Of a DNA stretch of 64,000 bases, positions 1 to 10,000 are shown one piece after another. The stretch comes from a virus. The position numbers and the translations under genes are program-made. The notes under the pieces are model-generated. The model was not told where the DNA came from. It saw nothing but the letters and a program-made list of their open reading frames with translations, and ran no database searches. The stretch covers positions 32,001-96,000 of IMG/VR virus record IMGVR_UViG_3300014501_000002. One strand, given 5' to 3'. Numbering within the stretch: the first letter of the stretch is position 1; every line of letters starts with the position of its first letter.

Positions 1-1
1 C

Positions 2-505
2 TACCGCAACTTCGTCAAGGAAAGCTTCGCTGCAGAAAAAGAAGCGTCCAATGCACAAGTCGAAGGTTATAAGATGGACGGTCAAGATTTACTGACCGAC
101 GAAAAACCTAGAAAAGTTCACATCATCGAGACCCGAGAATTCATTAAGCGATTACGCGACAATGGCGTGAAATGCTTTACAGTTGACAACGGGATGGTCG
201 GGACAGTCGCTTTGTGGGCCGCACGCGGACAGGAAATGCTGTACTGCTGCTACCTACAGGTGCCCGCGATGTACGAATGGTCGATACTTCGATTGGATAA
301 GCACGATCTCCCCGCCGGTGAAAAATTCCGTGGTTGGCGTACGGTACTCGCGCAGCTGATCGTGAAGCAGATTCTGACCGAAGAGAAAGCGCATGCTATC
401 TTTGGAAGGCCACAGGGCGGCCCGGTGAGTAGCCGGTATCGGAAGTCATTGTGGAATTTCAGATGTGGTAAACGCGATCCAGAAGTAAAAGCAGTACTCG
501 CCTAG
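2..505 (+). CDS. Hypothetical phage protein, 5' truncated by window edge
   Basis: Frame of ORF 74..505 is open back to position 2 (YRNFVKESFAAE...). Confidence 0.7.
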   Translation, partial: YRNFVKESFAAEKEASNAQVEGYKMDGQDLLTDEKPRKVHIIETREFIKRLRDNGVKCFTVDNGMVGTVALWAARGQEMLYCCYLQVPAMYEWSILRLDKHDLPAGEKFRGWRTVLAQLIVKQILTEEKAHAIFGRPQGGPVSSRYRKSLWNFRCGKRDPEVKAVLA

Positions 506-570
506 TCGCACTTGTAACCCGACACGCGAGACGTTCAGGGAAGGTGTCCACGCCCTGATAAGAGGATGTT

Positions 571-1125
571 ATGTCCAATCAAGAACCAAAGGAAACAGAA
601 TCAGGGAAGGCGGCGCACGAACAGTCTGTCAAGCCTCGTTACACCGATGAGGATTCTAGGGATGTACTAATTCGCAGTTTGCTTGAGCGCGAAGCGCGGC
701 TGGCAAAGAAAGAAATCGCGGATGACGAAGCAATCCTAGCTCGCGGCAAACAGCGCGCCCTTAACACCAAGAATCGCAACGAGAAGACGTTCCTGAAGCA
801 ACAGCGTTGCACTCATTTGAAGGGTGGCAAGGTTAAGTCGAAGACCGGCATTAAGGATTATGCCCTTTTTCATCACACATATATCGATAAAACGCAAACC
901 ATCGGTTGTTTCATTTGCAAGATGCGGTGGAAACCAGGAGACACGAAGGAAGCGTTGTTACGTTCCGGTCGCCGGATTCGAAACCACACGAAGATCGGTT
1001 GGCTCGAAGCGAACGAATTATTCGGTCAATCTAGCAACACTCCTAGCATGTCGGAAATCCCGCAGACGTTCAACACTGTTGAAGACGTCAGCGACGATGA
1101 TCTCGAGCCTGCAGAAGCGCAGTAG
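571..1125 (+). CDS. Hypothetical protein with Cys/His putative zinc-binding domain; paralog of 55592..56059
   Basis: RBS GAGGA; motifs CTHLKGG, KDY, HTYIDK, CxxC, WLEA, SSNxPSxSExP shared with 55592..56059. Confidence 0.8.
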   Translation: MSNQEPKETESGKAAHEQSVKPRYTDEDSRDVLIRSLLEREARLAKKEIADDEAILARGKQRALNTKNRNEKTFLKQQRCTHLKGGKVKSKTGIKDYALFHHTYIDKTQTIGCFICKMRWKPGDTKEALLRSGRRIRNHTKIGWLEANELFGQSSNTPSMSEIPQTFNTVEDVSDDDLEPAEAQ

Positions 1126-1140
1126 ATCGTTCAAATACGA

Positions 1141-1169
1141 GGGGCGGCGTTACCGCCCCCATTTTTCTT
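1141..1169 (+). terminator. Intrinsic terminator
   Basis: GGGGCGG-cgtta-CCGCCCC hairpin followed by ATTTTTCTT just after stop at 1125. Confidence 0.8.
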
Positions 1170-1255
1170 AGAGGCTAAGTGAACCCGCAAGCTTCAAATT
1201 CCACTTTTAAAATTCATGACAAATCTAAGCTGCGGAATTTTTCTATGAGAGCTAT

Positions 1256-2092
1256 ATGTCCGGACCGTTAAATAGCTCGGTTCCAACAACGTCTCAAATC
1301 GTTGGTGGAGTTTTTAATGAAACTACTCCGGCTCCCATTGATAAACAAGCGTGCGCGCTCCAATTAGACAACGAAGGAAACCTTCTGGTCAATGCGCGAA
1401 ATCCGCTTCCCGTGGCCGGACCATTAATGGTTGAAGGTCTCGCCGCATCGAATACCCCTTTTATCGGAAATCCGGTACAGATGGGTTCGGTGTTTGGTGG
1501 CCTTGTCTCAGAAGTTGCGGCCGTTGGTGACGTTGTGGCGCTGCAGTGCGACCCGCTTGGATCTTTGTACGTGGACGCGACTGGGCGTGAGTACACATAT
1601 CGTGCTTGCCAGAGTGCGTTCGCACCATTGGCCGATCCAAGCGTTCCGTTTGTCGTCTTGCAAGGCTCAGCAACCAAAACTGTAAAAATTCGTCACGTGA
1701 AAGTCACGTGGGCATGCACGACCGGAAACGCCGCGCCGAACGTCATTCGACTTCGGCGGTACACTGTGATTAGCGGTGGCACGCCAAATTTCATGACTCC
1801 GGCGCCCCTCGATATTAATAATCCGACTGCAACTGCTGTGTGTGATCAATACTCTGTCCTGCCGACTACGGCAACCCCGTACAATGCGGGTTCAATCAGT
1901 TCTGAGTATATGCAGTGGACCACGAACTCCGCTGGTCTGGTTGGTCCTGTCGCAGTTCAATTGGATTTTGGAGTCGACAATTGTCAGGCTCTGACGCTTC
2001 ACGGCACGTCAGATTTTATCGGAATTGAAATCTCAGCCGTTGCGGCGGCTGGCTCGCTCATGACGGTTCGAATTACGTGGACCGAATCTTAA
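1256..2092 (+). CDS. Virion appendage/decoration protein, N-module family A copy 1
   Basis: N-terminus MSGPLNSSxPTTSQIxGGVFN...QACAxQxDxxGNLLV shared with the next two genes; beta-rich C-terminus. Confidence 0.7.
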   Translation: MSGPLNSSVPTTSQIVGGVFNETTPAPIDKQACALQLDNEGNLLVNARNPLPVAGPLMVEGLAASNTPFIGNPVQMGSVFGGLVSEVAAVGDVVALQCDPLGSLYVDATGREYTYRACQSAFAPLADPSVPFVVLQGSATKTVKIRHVKVTWACTTGNAAPNVIRLRRYTVISGGTPNFMTPAPLDINNPTATAVCDQYSVLPTTATPYNAGSISSEYMQWTTNSAGLVGPVAVQLDFGVDNCQALTLHGTSDFIGIEISAVAAAGSLMTVRITWTES

Positions 2093-2104
2093 GGATGGTA
2101 TAGT

Positions 2105-3475
2105 ATGTCTGGACCTTTAAATAGCTCGGCACCAACAACGTCCCAAATCGTCGGTGGCGTGTTTAACGCAACGACTCCGACTCCGGCTGATCGCCAAGCC
2201 TGCGCGTTCCAATTAGACAGCGAAGGAAATTTGCTTGTGCGCGTGGTCGGCGGTGGCGCCGGTGTCACAGAGCTCAATGGTTTAACGGGTAACCTGAACA
2301 TCACAGGCACGGGTATCACTGTTACGCCTGCAGGTACTAATATTGTGCTGTCCCTCCCAGCATCCGGCGTTACACCAACTTCTTACACAAATGCGAACAT
2401 TACGGTCAATGCCGCGGGCATTATCACCGCTGCGTCTAATGGATCAGCTGGCGGTGTAACGTCATTCATTGGACGTACGGGCGCGGTTGTCGCGGTCTCG
2501 GGAGACTACACCGTGGCACAGGTCACGGGCGCAGCACCGATTGCTTCGCCGACATTCACCGGCGTCCCAACCGGCCCGACCGCGGCCGCAGGAACCAATA
2601 CTACCCAACTGGCTACGACTGCTTTCGTGTTAGGCCAAAGTTTTATTACGGCGGCGACGGCCCCCGTTACTTCCGTTTTTGGACGCACCGGCGCTGTGCT
2701 TGCGGTAAGTGGAGATTACACGGTAGCTCAAGTCACTGGAGCCGCACCGATTGCTTCGCCGACATTCACTGGAACAGCAACCTTCGATTTGACATCTTCG
2801 AGCGTTGCAAACATTGCGACGTTTCAGCAACTGGGAAGTCAAAGCGGCTATGTGACTCTCAGTGCTCCGCTCGCATTTCAAACTGCCATCAGTTTTAACG
2901 ACAACACCAACGGTGCGGATTTCCTCGTATACCGTCCCGCAGGTACACAAGATTTATCGATTTTTTCCATCACAGCTGGAAACCAACTATATTTTGCCCA
3001 GGCGGGTGGGATTTATGTCGGTGCTGCGACGGGCGGCAGTGAGGGAGCAGGTACGGTCAACGTATCCAGCGGTTACTACGTCAATGGGGCAGCACTCGGT
3101 ACTTGGGTGAACTATACGCCCACTGTTACGGCGACCACGGGTACAATCACCACAGCCACTGCCACGGGGCGATATACTAAAATCGGAAAAACAGTTACCG
3201 TTGCAATCTCAGTGGATATCATAGCCTCTGGTTCAGGGGCAGGGAACGTATTAGCCAGTCTGCCATTCACCGCCGGGGCATCTTCGTCAACATTCCTTGT
3301 AGGGCGAGAGGCGGCAGTCACGGGGTTAGCCTTGATTGGTATCATAACCCCCAACACTACGGTCGCAAGTATTTTGTCCTTGTCACCTTCACCTAACAGC
3401 AACCTTTACGGCACCTATCCTGGTGTCAACGGATACGTGCTTCAAATTTCTGGAACATATGAATCGTCGACGTAA
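2105..3475 (+). CDS. Tail/head fibre protein, N-module family A copy 2
   Basis: Shared N module; fibre motifs YTNANITVNAAGIITAASNG, APIASPTFTGVPTGPTAAAGTNTTQLATTAFV, C-terminal GRYTKIGKTVTV domain. Confidence 0.8.
   Translation: MSGPLNSSAPTTSQIVGGVFNATTPTPADRQACAFQLDSEGNLLVRVVGGGAGVTELNGLTGNLNITGTGITVTPAGTNIVLSLPASGVTPTSYTNANITVNAAGIITAASNGSAGGVTSFIGRTGAVVAVSGDYTVAQVTGAAPIASPTFTGVPTGPTAAAGTNTTQLATTAFVLGQSFITAATAPVTSVFGRTGAVLAVSGDYTVAQVTGAAPIASPTFTGTATFDLTSSSVANIATFQQLGSQSGYVTLSAPLAFQTAISFNDNTNGADFLVYRPAGTQDLSIFSITAGNQLYFAQAGGIYVGAATGGSEGAGTVNVSSGYYVNGAALGTWVNYTPTVTATTGTITTATATGRYTKIGKTVTVAISVDIIASGSGAGNVLASLPFTAGASSSTFLVGREAAVTGLALIGIITPNTTVASILSLSPSPNSNLYGTYPGVNGYVLQISGTYESST
2452..2775 (+). 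repeat. Duplicated ~36 aa fibre repeat (VTSxxGRTGAVxAVSGDYTVAQVTGAAPIASPTFTG x2)
   Basis: Two near-identical peptide copies inside 2105..3475; boundaries approximate. Confidence 0.85.
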
Positions 3476-3514
3476 TCGGCGCAGTTGTGACAAAATTTTA
3501 GTGAGGATGGTAAC

Positions 3515-4069
3515 ATGTCTGGACCTTTAAATAGTTCGACGCCAACAACGTCTCAAATAATTGGTGGGGTTTTCAATCTGACGGCCCCAACCCCTGCGGA
3601 CAAACAAGCCTGCGCGCTCCAAGTCGATAGCGGGGGAAATTTGCTCGTACGGATGATCAGCAGTAGTGCGGCCGGAGCCCAGGTCGTTGCGAAATCATTC
3701 CTGACCGGACAGATTGCTGCGATACCACCTACAACCATTTACGCCATTCCAGCGGGTGCCGGTGGGATGTACGAACTTAAATACGCCGCGACCATTACGA
3801 CACCAGGCACGTCTGGGACGATTCTCGGTGGCACAAACGGTTTTCAGATTATATATACCAACGCCAACGGCGACTCGGTGGTAAAGACGAGCCTGCCTAC
3901 GACACCTAACGTGTCCGCGGGTGACTTAACAAGTACTCAAATTTCTGGTGAGGATGATGGGTACGCGGCCGGTGGAACTAACCTGCAATTCGCGATGGGC
4001 TTTACACCTGGCAGTCCGATCACAGGCGCGTATGATCTTGCAATTTTCGTAGTGTATTTCGGGGCGTAG
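3515..4069 (+). CDS. Virion appendage protein, N-module family A copy 3; C-domain paralogous to tip of 11118..13151
   Basis: Shared N module; TTIYAIP...GFQIIYTNANGDSVVKTS...TNLQFAMGFTPGSP.TGAYDLA aligns to the C-terminus of 11118..13151. Confidence 0.75.
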   Translation: MSGPLNSSTPTTSQIIGGVFNLTAPTPADKQACALQVDSGGNLLVRMISSSAAGAQVVAKSFLTGQIAAIPPTTIYAIPAGAGGMYELKYAATITTPGTSGTILGGTNGFQIIYTNANGDSVVKTSLPTTPNVSAGDLTSTQISGEDDGYAAGGTNLQFAMGFTPGSPITGAYDLAIFVVYFGA

Positions 4070-4072
4070 GCT

Positions 4073-4657
4073 ATGGCAAATACATACGTCGACCAAGCGT
4101 TGGTTATTTACGACCGAGCTACGGGAACATTTACTCCGTCGAACTCATTGGCACAAAGTGCTATACTAGGTGCTGTTGCCGTGTACGACGAAATAACCGG
4201 GATGCTCGGCCCCGGCGGACCACTCATCTTAGATATTGCCCGAGTTGCGACGGTGAGTTTGACAAGCGCCCAACTTCTTGCGCTATACGCTACGCCGGTG
4301 CAGATTCTTCCAGCCCCAGGCCCAGGTCTTTATAATTGGCCCATTGCTTATGCGATGGAATACATTTTCGGCGGGATTGCTTATTCATCGCCCGCACACA
4401 CCAACGATTGTTTCATCACGTATGGTAATCCCCCAGCCGCATCCACAAATGAATTAGTGATCTATGCATGGGCCAACGCAGCCTCGGGCATCATCGAGGC
4501 AACACAGTCATGCATATTCCAGGGCGTGTGTGGTAATGGACTTATCACGCTGTCGATTGCGGAAAATGCTCCGGTGATGTTCAGCGCGCCGAATGCTTTG
4601 ACGTTGGGGAATGGAACTTTGAATATATCAGTCTCTTACTCTACTTTAAAGGCATAG
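4073..4657 (+). CDS. Virion appendage protein, N-module family B copy 1
   Basis: YxDQAxxxYDxxTGTxxPS...LGAVAxYDxITGxLGP shared with 4664..5191. Confidence 0.65.
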   Translation: MANTYVDQALVIYDRATGTFTPSNSLAQSAILGAVAVYDEITGMLGPGGPLILDIARVATVSLTSAQLLALYATPVQILPAPGPGLYNWPIAYAMEYIFGGIAYSSPAHTNDCFITYGNPPAASTNELVIYAWANAASGIIEATQSCIFQGVCGNGLITLSIAENAPVMFSAPNALTLGNGTLNISVSYSTLKA

Positions 4658-4663
4658 GACAAA

Positions 4664-5191
4664 ATGTCAGATAACTATCAGGATCAAGCAGTGATGGTTT
4701 ACGATGAGACGACGGGCACGATTCAGCCGTCTCCCGTGCTCACTGTGTCGGAAGTTCTCGGGGCTGTCGCGGCATATGATGCGATCACAGGCATACTCGG
4801 CCCATCTTCCTTGCTCACTGTTTCAGGAGAGCTAGGAGCTATTGCTGCGTACGATCTAACCACAGGTATACTCGGTCCTTCTTCTGTAGTATTGGATCAA
4901 CTTTTTACGAGACAAGTTCAGACGATACGAGTCGACTGCGGGGTGATCGCAAGCGCAACACCGTCTTTGGTGATTCCGGTTCTTTGGCCTGTTGCTTTCG
5001 CGGATAACAATTACACGCTCACCGGTAGTGTCGTCATACTTGAGACTCCTCCGGCAGCAGCCGCAACAGAGATTATCTGTATCGGGAGTATAGAACTGGC
5101 AGTCAACGGCACTGGATTTTCATTCGTGGTTTGTAACGCTTCTTCTGGCGTTCATCACGTGATAGCTAACTTTTTCGCGATACACGATTAA
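4664..5191 (+). CDS. Virion appendage protein, N-module family B copy 2
   Basis: Shared N module with LGAxAAYDxxTGILGPSS duplicated; small beta-rich C-domain (WPVAFADNNYT...GFSFVV). Confidence 0.65.
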   Translation: MSDNYQDQAVMVYDETTGTIQPSPVLTVSEVLGAVAAYDAITGILGPSSLLTVSGELGAIAAYDLTTGILGPSSVVLDQLFTRQVQTIRVDCGVIASATPSLVIPVLWPVAFADNNYTLTGSVVILETPPAAAATEIICIGSIELAVNGTGFSFVVCNASSGVHHVIANFFAIHD

Positions 5192-5200
5192 GAAGGAACC

Positions 5201-6322
5201 ATGATTCAAACTCAAAGCACCGTTACGCTTCAACGAATTGTCAACATTGCGCAAGCATTCGCCGATATCGAGCCGGTGTTAAACGTGGCTGGGAGCGATG
5301 ATCACCCGGCGTTGTTTATTGCCACCGACGTCATGAACGCTATCTGCGGGGTTCCTTTCCCGCACAAGTGGAATGAATTCAACCTCCCTCCGTTTTATAC
5401 GAACTCGTTTCAGCAAGACTACGCGCTTATCTATCCCACCGGTCAACCCGCGGGTTATCCGGTATCAGGTTCTTCGGTGACCAATCTTGAATGGCTTGAG
5501 CGTGGCATCGCGATCGATATTAACAGCACGTCGTTTCCGAAAGCTTACCGCACCGTTGAAGTCGGTCGGCAGTTGCCACAAGCTACGGCATCAAATTGGA
5601 ATTATGGCAATGGTAGCGGGGGCGGTAACTACGGCGTCGGCAACGCAATATGCATCGCCAACTTTTTCCCGAACAACACTTTATATTACGGAACATGGGG
5701 CGCGCTGAACAACGGAACGCAGTCGATCGGAAACAATCCTATCCCTGGCTCCGCATACACACAGCCGCTCGGAACACAGAGCATGCCGTCGAACCCGATC
5801 TCACAGATTCAGGATGCGAACGGAAATCTTTTAGTGATCACCACGTACGGTATCGAAGGTGTAAGTGCTCCTCTCGCACCAGAGAATTCGGTCCCTGGCA
5901 CAACCTGTTCTGGAGTAGGCGCCACGACTGTATGGACTGTGGTCGATCCGTGGGGACAGGGTATTCGTGTCCAACCGGTACCTTATCAGACTGGACGCGT
6001 TTTTCAAATTCAGTTAACCGGGCAGGCGAAGCCGGTTCGTTTCACATCTCTCGCGCAGACGTTGTTCCCTTTGCCCGATCAGTTCGAGTCGAACTTCCGG
6101 GCCGGGTTTATCGCACAATGCTATCGGTACTCTGCGGACTCGAAGGTTCGTGGCAAATTTAAAGATGAGTGGGCGCTCTGGCTCGCCTCTTTAGTCGAAC
6201 TTCGCGCGAAGCAAGATCGTGAACTCGAAGAGAATGTGTTTGTCCCGGATCGTGGAATTATGTCCGGCGGTTCCCAACGGGGCGGCTTCTTCCGTGGCCC
6301 AGGCCGTCCGTTCAACTACTAA
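5201..6322 (+). CDS. Head-tail adaptor-like protein with central insertion
   Basis: Position before nozzle-like gene; N- and C-terminal parts align by eye with 6331..7050 (TLQxxxNxAxxF, PAxxIA, PxxxxWN, QDY, PxPDQ). Confidence 0.6.
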   Translation: MIQTQSTVTLQRIVNIAQAFADIEPVLNVAGSDDHPALFIATDVMNAICGVPFPHKWNEFNLPPFYTNSFQQDYALIYPTGQPAGYPVSGSSVTNLEWLERGIAIDINSTSFPKAYRTVEVGRQLPQATASNWNYGNGSGGGNYGVGNAICIANFFPNNTLYYGTWGALNNGTQSIGNNPIPGSAYTQPLGTQSMPSNPISQIQDANGNLLVITTYGIEGVSAPLAPENSVPGTTCSGVGATTVWTVVDPWGQGIRVQPVPYQTGRVFQIQLTGQAKPVRFTSLAQTLFPLPDQFESNFRAGFIAQCYRYSADSKVRGKFKDEWALWLASLVELRAKQDRELEENVFVPDRGIMSGGSQRGGFFRGPGRPFNY

Positions 6323-6330
6323 GGATTACA

Positions 6331-7050
6331 ATGTACACACTTCAGCAAACGATCAACTGGGCACGGACGTTCATCCAATACTCGCCTTTGACTGCGGGAA
6401 TAGGAAACGAACCCGCGATATCCATTGCGAACATGGTGTTGGATACAGTCACATCCGCGCCGATCACATGGCCGTGGAACCGCGCGGAATATACGGGGTT
6501 GACACTGACCGCCAATATACAGGACTACAACGTAGTTCCGATCACAGATTTCAATTTTCTTGAGGTGGTTAGTTTGAAGACTGTGGACGGTAAGTACTCG
6601 TACGAATTGAAGGATGTGTACAACACGAATATTCTCGGTGTGTCAGTCTCCGCACCGGCGCAACCCAAAGCGGTCGCGGTTAAGTTTTTTACTTATGGGG
6701 TAAGTGTCGCGCTTAGGTTCTTGAGCATTCCGGATCAGAATTACGCCGCGACCATAACGTATCAGAAGGTTATTACACCGTTCACTCTCCTGACGCAAGC
6801 ATGGCCCATTCCGGATCAGTACCTCGATATTTACAACAACCTTTTTCTTGCAGAAGCGTTTCAGTCGGTCGACGATGATCAGCAAGCTGCGCGGTATCGT
6901 ATGCGTGGCATCGCGGCATTGTTGTCGAAGGCGGAAGGCCTCAGCGAAATGCAGCGCAACGCATTCCTTGCTCAGTATCTCGCTCGTGAGAGTCAATCGC
7001 AAACTAATGTATCACGTACGCAACAGGGTCAGCAGGCCCGCGGAGTATAA
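6331..7050 (+). CDS. Head-tail adaptor-like protein (tail tubular A/P22 gp4-like position)
   Basis: WPWNR motif, size and position, TAATG coupling to the next gene. Confidence 0.6.
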   Translation: MYTLQQTINWARTFIQYSPLTAGIGNEPAISIANMVLDTVTSAPITWPWNRAEYTGLTLTANIQDYNVVPITDFNFLEVVSLKTVDGKYSYELKDVYNTNILGVSVSAPAQPKAVAVKFFTYGVSVALRFLSIPDQNYAATITYQKVITPFTLLTQAWPIPDQYLDIYNNLFLAEAFQSVDDDQQAARYRMRGIAALLSKAEGLSEMQRNAFLAQYLARESQSQTNVSRTQQGQQARGV

Positions 7051-10000
7051 TGCCTAATTTACTCGAGCAATCCGGAGCGCAACCACAGAAACAACCGAAG
7101 TTTGCGCCGCTTTTCATTGATAAAGCGTTTACCGGAATTTATACACAGCGCTCGGTGCTGCACGATCCTTCTGATTTAGCTACGTCGAGATTTTATGGCG
7201 GTCGTCCAGATGCTTTATGGCAGGGTTCGAACGTTGAACTAACGAATCGACTCACTTTGCAACGGCGCCCCGGCTTGTCGGAATTCTCTACAGTGACTTA
7301 TCCGACGCCTCCAGATCGCGGCTTCTCGTTCCAACTTCTCGACGGAACCATTCGCGTAATCATTGACACCGAATCCACCGGTGCTTTGAGCGTCACATCG
7401 GTTGCTACTTCTGTCGGCGGTAATGCGGTATATACCGGCACGTTCCCCGGAGGTGTGGGGAACACGTATGTCGGCATGAAGTTCACCGTTTCCGGATTCG
7501 TGGGTGCCGGTTCCGATTCAATATACACCGCCGTAGCTTCAACTGGCACAACCATCACTTTGAACAACCCGCACGCCACCGCGGAGACCGCAGCTGCGAG
7601 TATGGTGTCTTCAGGCGCCGTGTATTGGGATCAGCAGAACGGTTCGAAAACTTTGATATTCGCGAAAGGCACCGGCGCTGGACAGACTTATTTCGTTGCC
7701 GTCGCGGGCATTCTTTACATGGGCGATGGGGTCGAGACTTTTATCTATACGCCACTGAATCCGAACGCAATCGCATACGGATTCGGTTTGGTCGCGCCGG
7801 TCAATGGGCCGACGATTACCACCACAGAGTCAGCTGCTAGTGCGGTCGCATGGCAGGCGCACACATATTTTACCACGATGGGTTTGATCGTCGACTCTAA
7901 CGGAAACATTGAGCAATTATCCGGAGTCAACGCAGACGGAACTAACCCGACACTGCGATTCGGCACGAGTAGCAACGGACAACCTCCATGGAACCAAGCG
8001 ACCGGCGGAACAACTGCGGATGGTTCGGTCACATGGACCAACCAAGGCCCGATCGGCACGTGGGCTCCTAAGACGACATATCAGCCTGGTCAAGCCATCT
8101 ATGATCCGGGAACTAAGTGCGTGTTTATTCAGACGCACAATTTCGCGGCTACTTCTGGACCCTCGGCGCCACAGTGGAACCCAGCCCTTGTATCCACGGG
8201 CGCTCGCACGAGTGAACTGAACGCAGGCGGCGCAACCGCCGCGCGTTGGGGTAGCCTCGGACAATTGAACGTCACACCTACGTTGCTTAGATCGTGGACC
8301 GCCGGAGAGACGTACGGAACGTATGTCGAGCCGAGTACTGGAAACGATCCGAACGTATTGAATTGCGCGACGATTGAGCCCACACTTATTCTTCCTCCAC
8401 TTGCCGGGCAGAATGTTTACCTGCAAGGTGCGACTACCGGCGGCGTGACCGGAACCGGCGCGACTCCTCCTCCGTGGCAAACAGCTATCGGTCAGACGAC
8501 TACAGACGGCCAATTGACCTGGACAATGCTCGGTTCGGCGACATGGACTGCGCTCACTTCTTACACTGCATGGGTTTCTGGAGCAAACACCTTTTCGGTA
8601 ATTGAAGATACGAACGGCAACTTGCAAGTTTGCATGGCGAGTGGGATCAGCGGTCCTACTATCCCTGCAGCGTGGGGAACTACTTATGGTGCAACTACTT
8701 TGGATGGCTCCGGCACTTCTCAGATTACTTGGGTGTGCGTTGGTGCAGCAATTGCATGGGCTGCGAATACGATTTGGTATCTTCCGCTAGCTGGTTTCGT
8801 TCCTCCAAGCAAGAACCAACCTTACGGCAGCGCGTCTGTCATTGATACTCAGGGTGATCTTGAGTATGTGATTTCATCGGGTGAGTCAGGTTCTGTAACT
8901 CCGGCGTGGCAAGCGATCGGTTTCAATACGACTGATAACACGATTACGTGGTACAACTCGGGCGTCGCGCAGACCAACTCACTCGCGTGGACCCAAGGCT
9001 ACTCGTACGCATATTCATACTACAGTCGAACGACCACAGATTTCTACGACACCAATCCTCCTCCGGGACTCAACCTGATATATCCCGCGGGACTCGGCCA
9101 GCCAACTGGCTCCGAGACAGGTGCGATCAGCACTGCGTCACCCGCGACTGTAATCGGCGGCCCAAACACCGGCGCGATTAACACGGTTAGTGGGATCAGT
9201 TCACTTGATCCGGCCGTGGACACAATCATCATCTGGCGCTCGGCGGACGGCGGCGGATCGGACAACATGTTCTTCCTGACCGAGATTCCGAACCCTCTTC
9301 CGAACGGCGGACAACCCGTTGTGTGGCACTTCCAAGATTATCTCCCCGACGTAGCTATAGGAGTATTCCAAGGTTTGAACAACCTCATTCCGGCTCCGAT
9401 TGATGATGAGAATGATCCTCCTCCGAATAATTTCTTGCCGATGACGTATAACTTCCAACGTATTTGGGGAGCGTCCGGTAGCAGTGTGGTGTTCTCAGGC
9501 GGTCCTGATGTCATCACCGGAAACGCGAACTTCGCGTTCAACCCATCCGATACTTTCCCATACCTTGCGGACGTTATACGTATCGTAAAAACGTCTACGG
9601 GGCAGGTTGTGTTCTTGACTGACAGCATTGAGTTCTTGGCCGGGGGTCCGTTAACTGCGTCGTTCTACTCCGTGACACTCGGGCCGGGCATCGGACTTCG
9701 CTCATTCAATGCGCTCGATGTGTACGCAGGAGAAATTTATTTCGTATCATCTGACGGGCAATTCCGCGTAATCAATCCGTCTCTTAACATTTCTAACGCA
9801 GGATTCCCGATCGGAGATCAACTTGCCGTATTGAATACATCGAAAATTTATGTCGCGGTTCAACAGGCCGGTGTAGACAACGCAATTTACGTCGCGGATG
9901 GAAGTACTGGGTGGTGGCGTTGTAATCCACACCAAGTTCCCGGAAGCGCAAATGGTCCGGAGCCTATTTGGAGTCCGTTCGCGAATATCACCAACGGATG

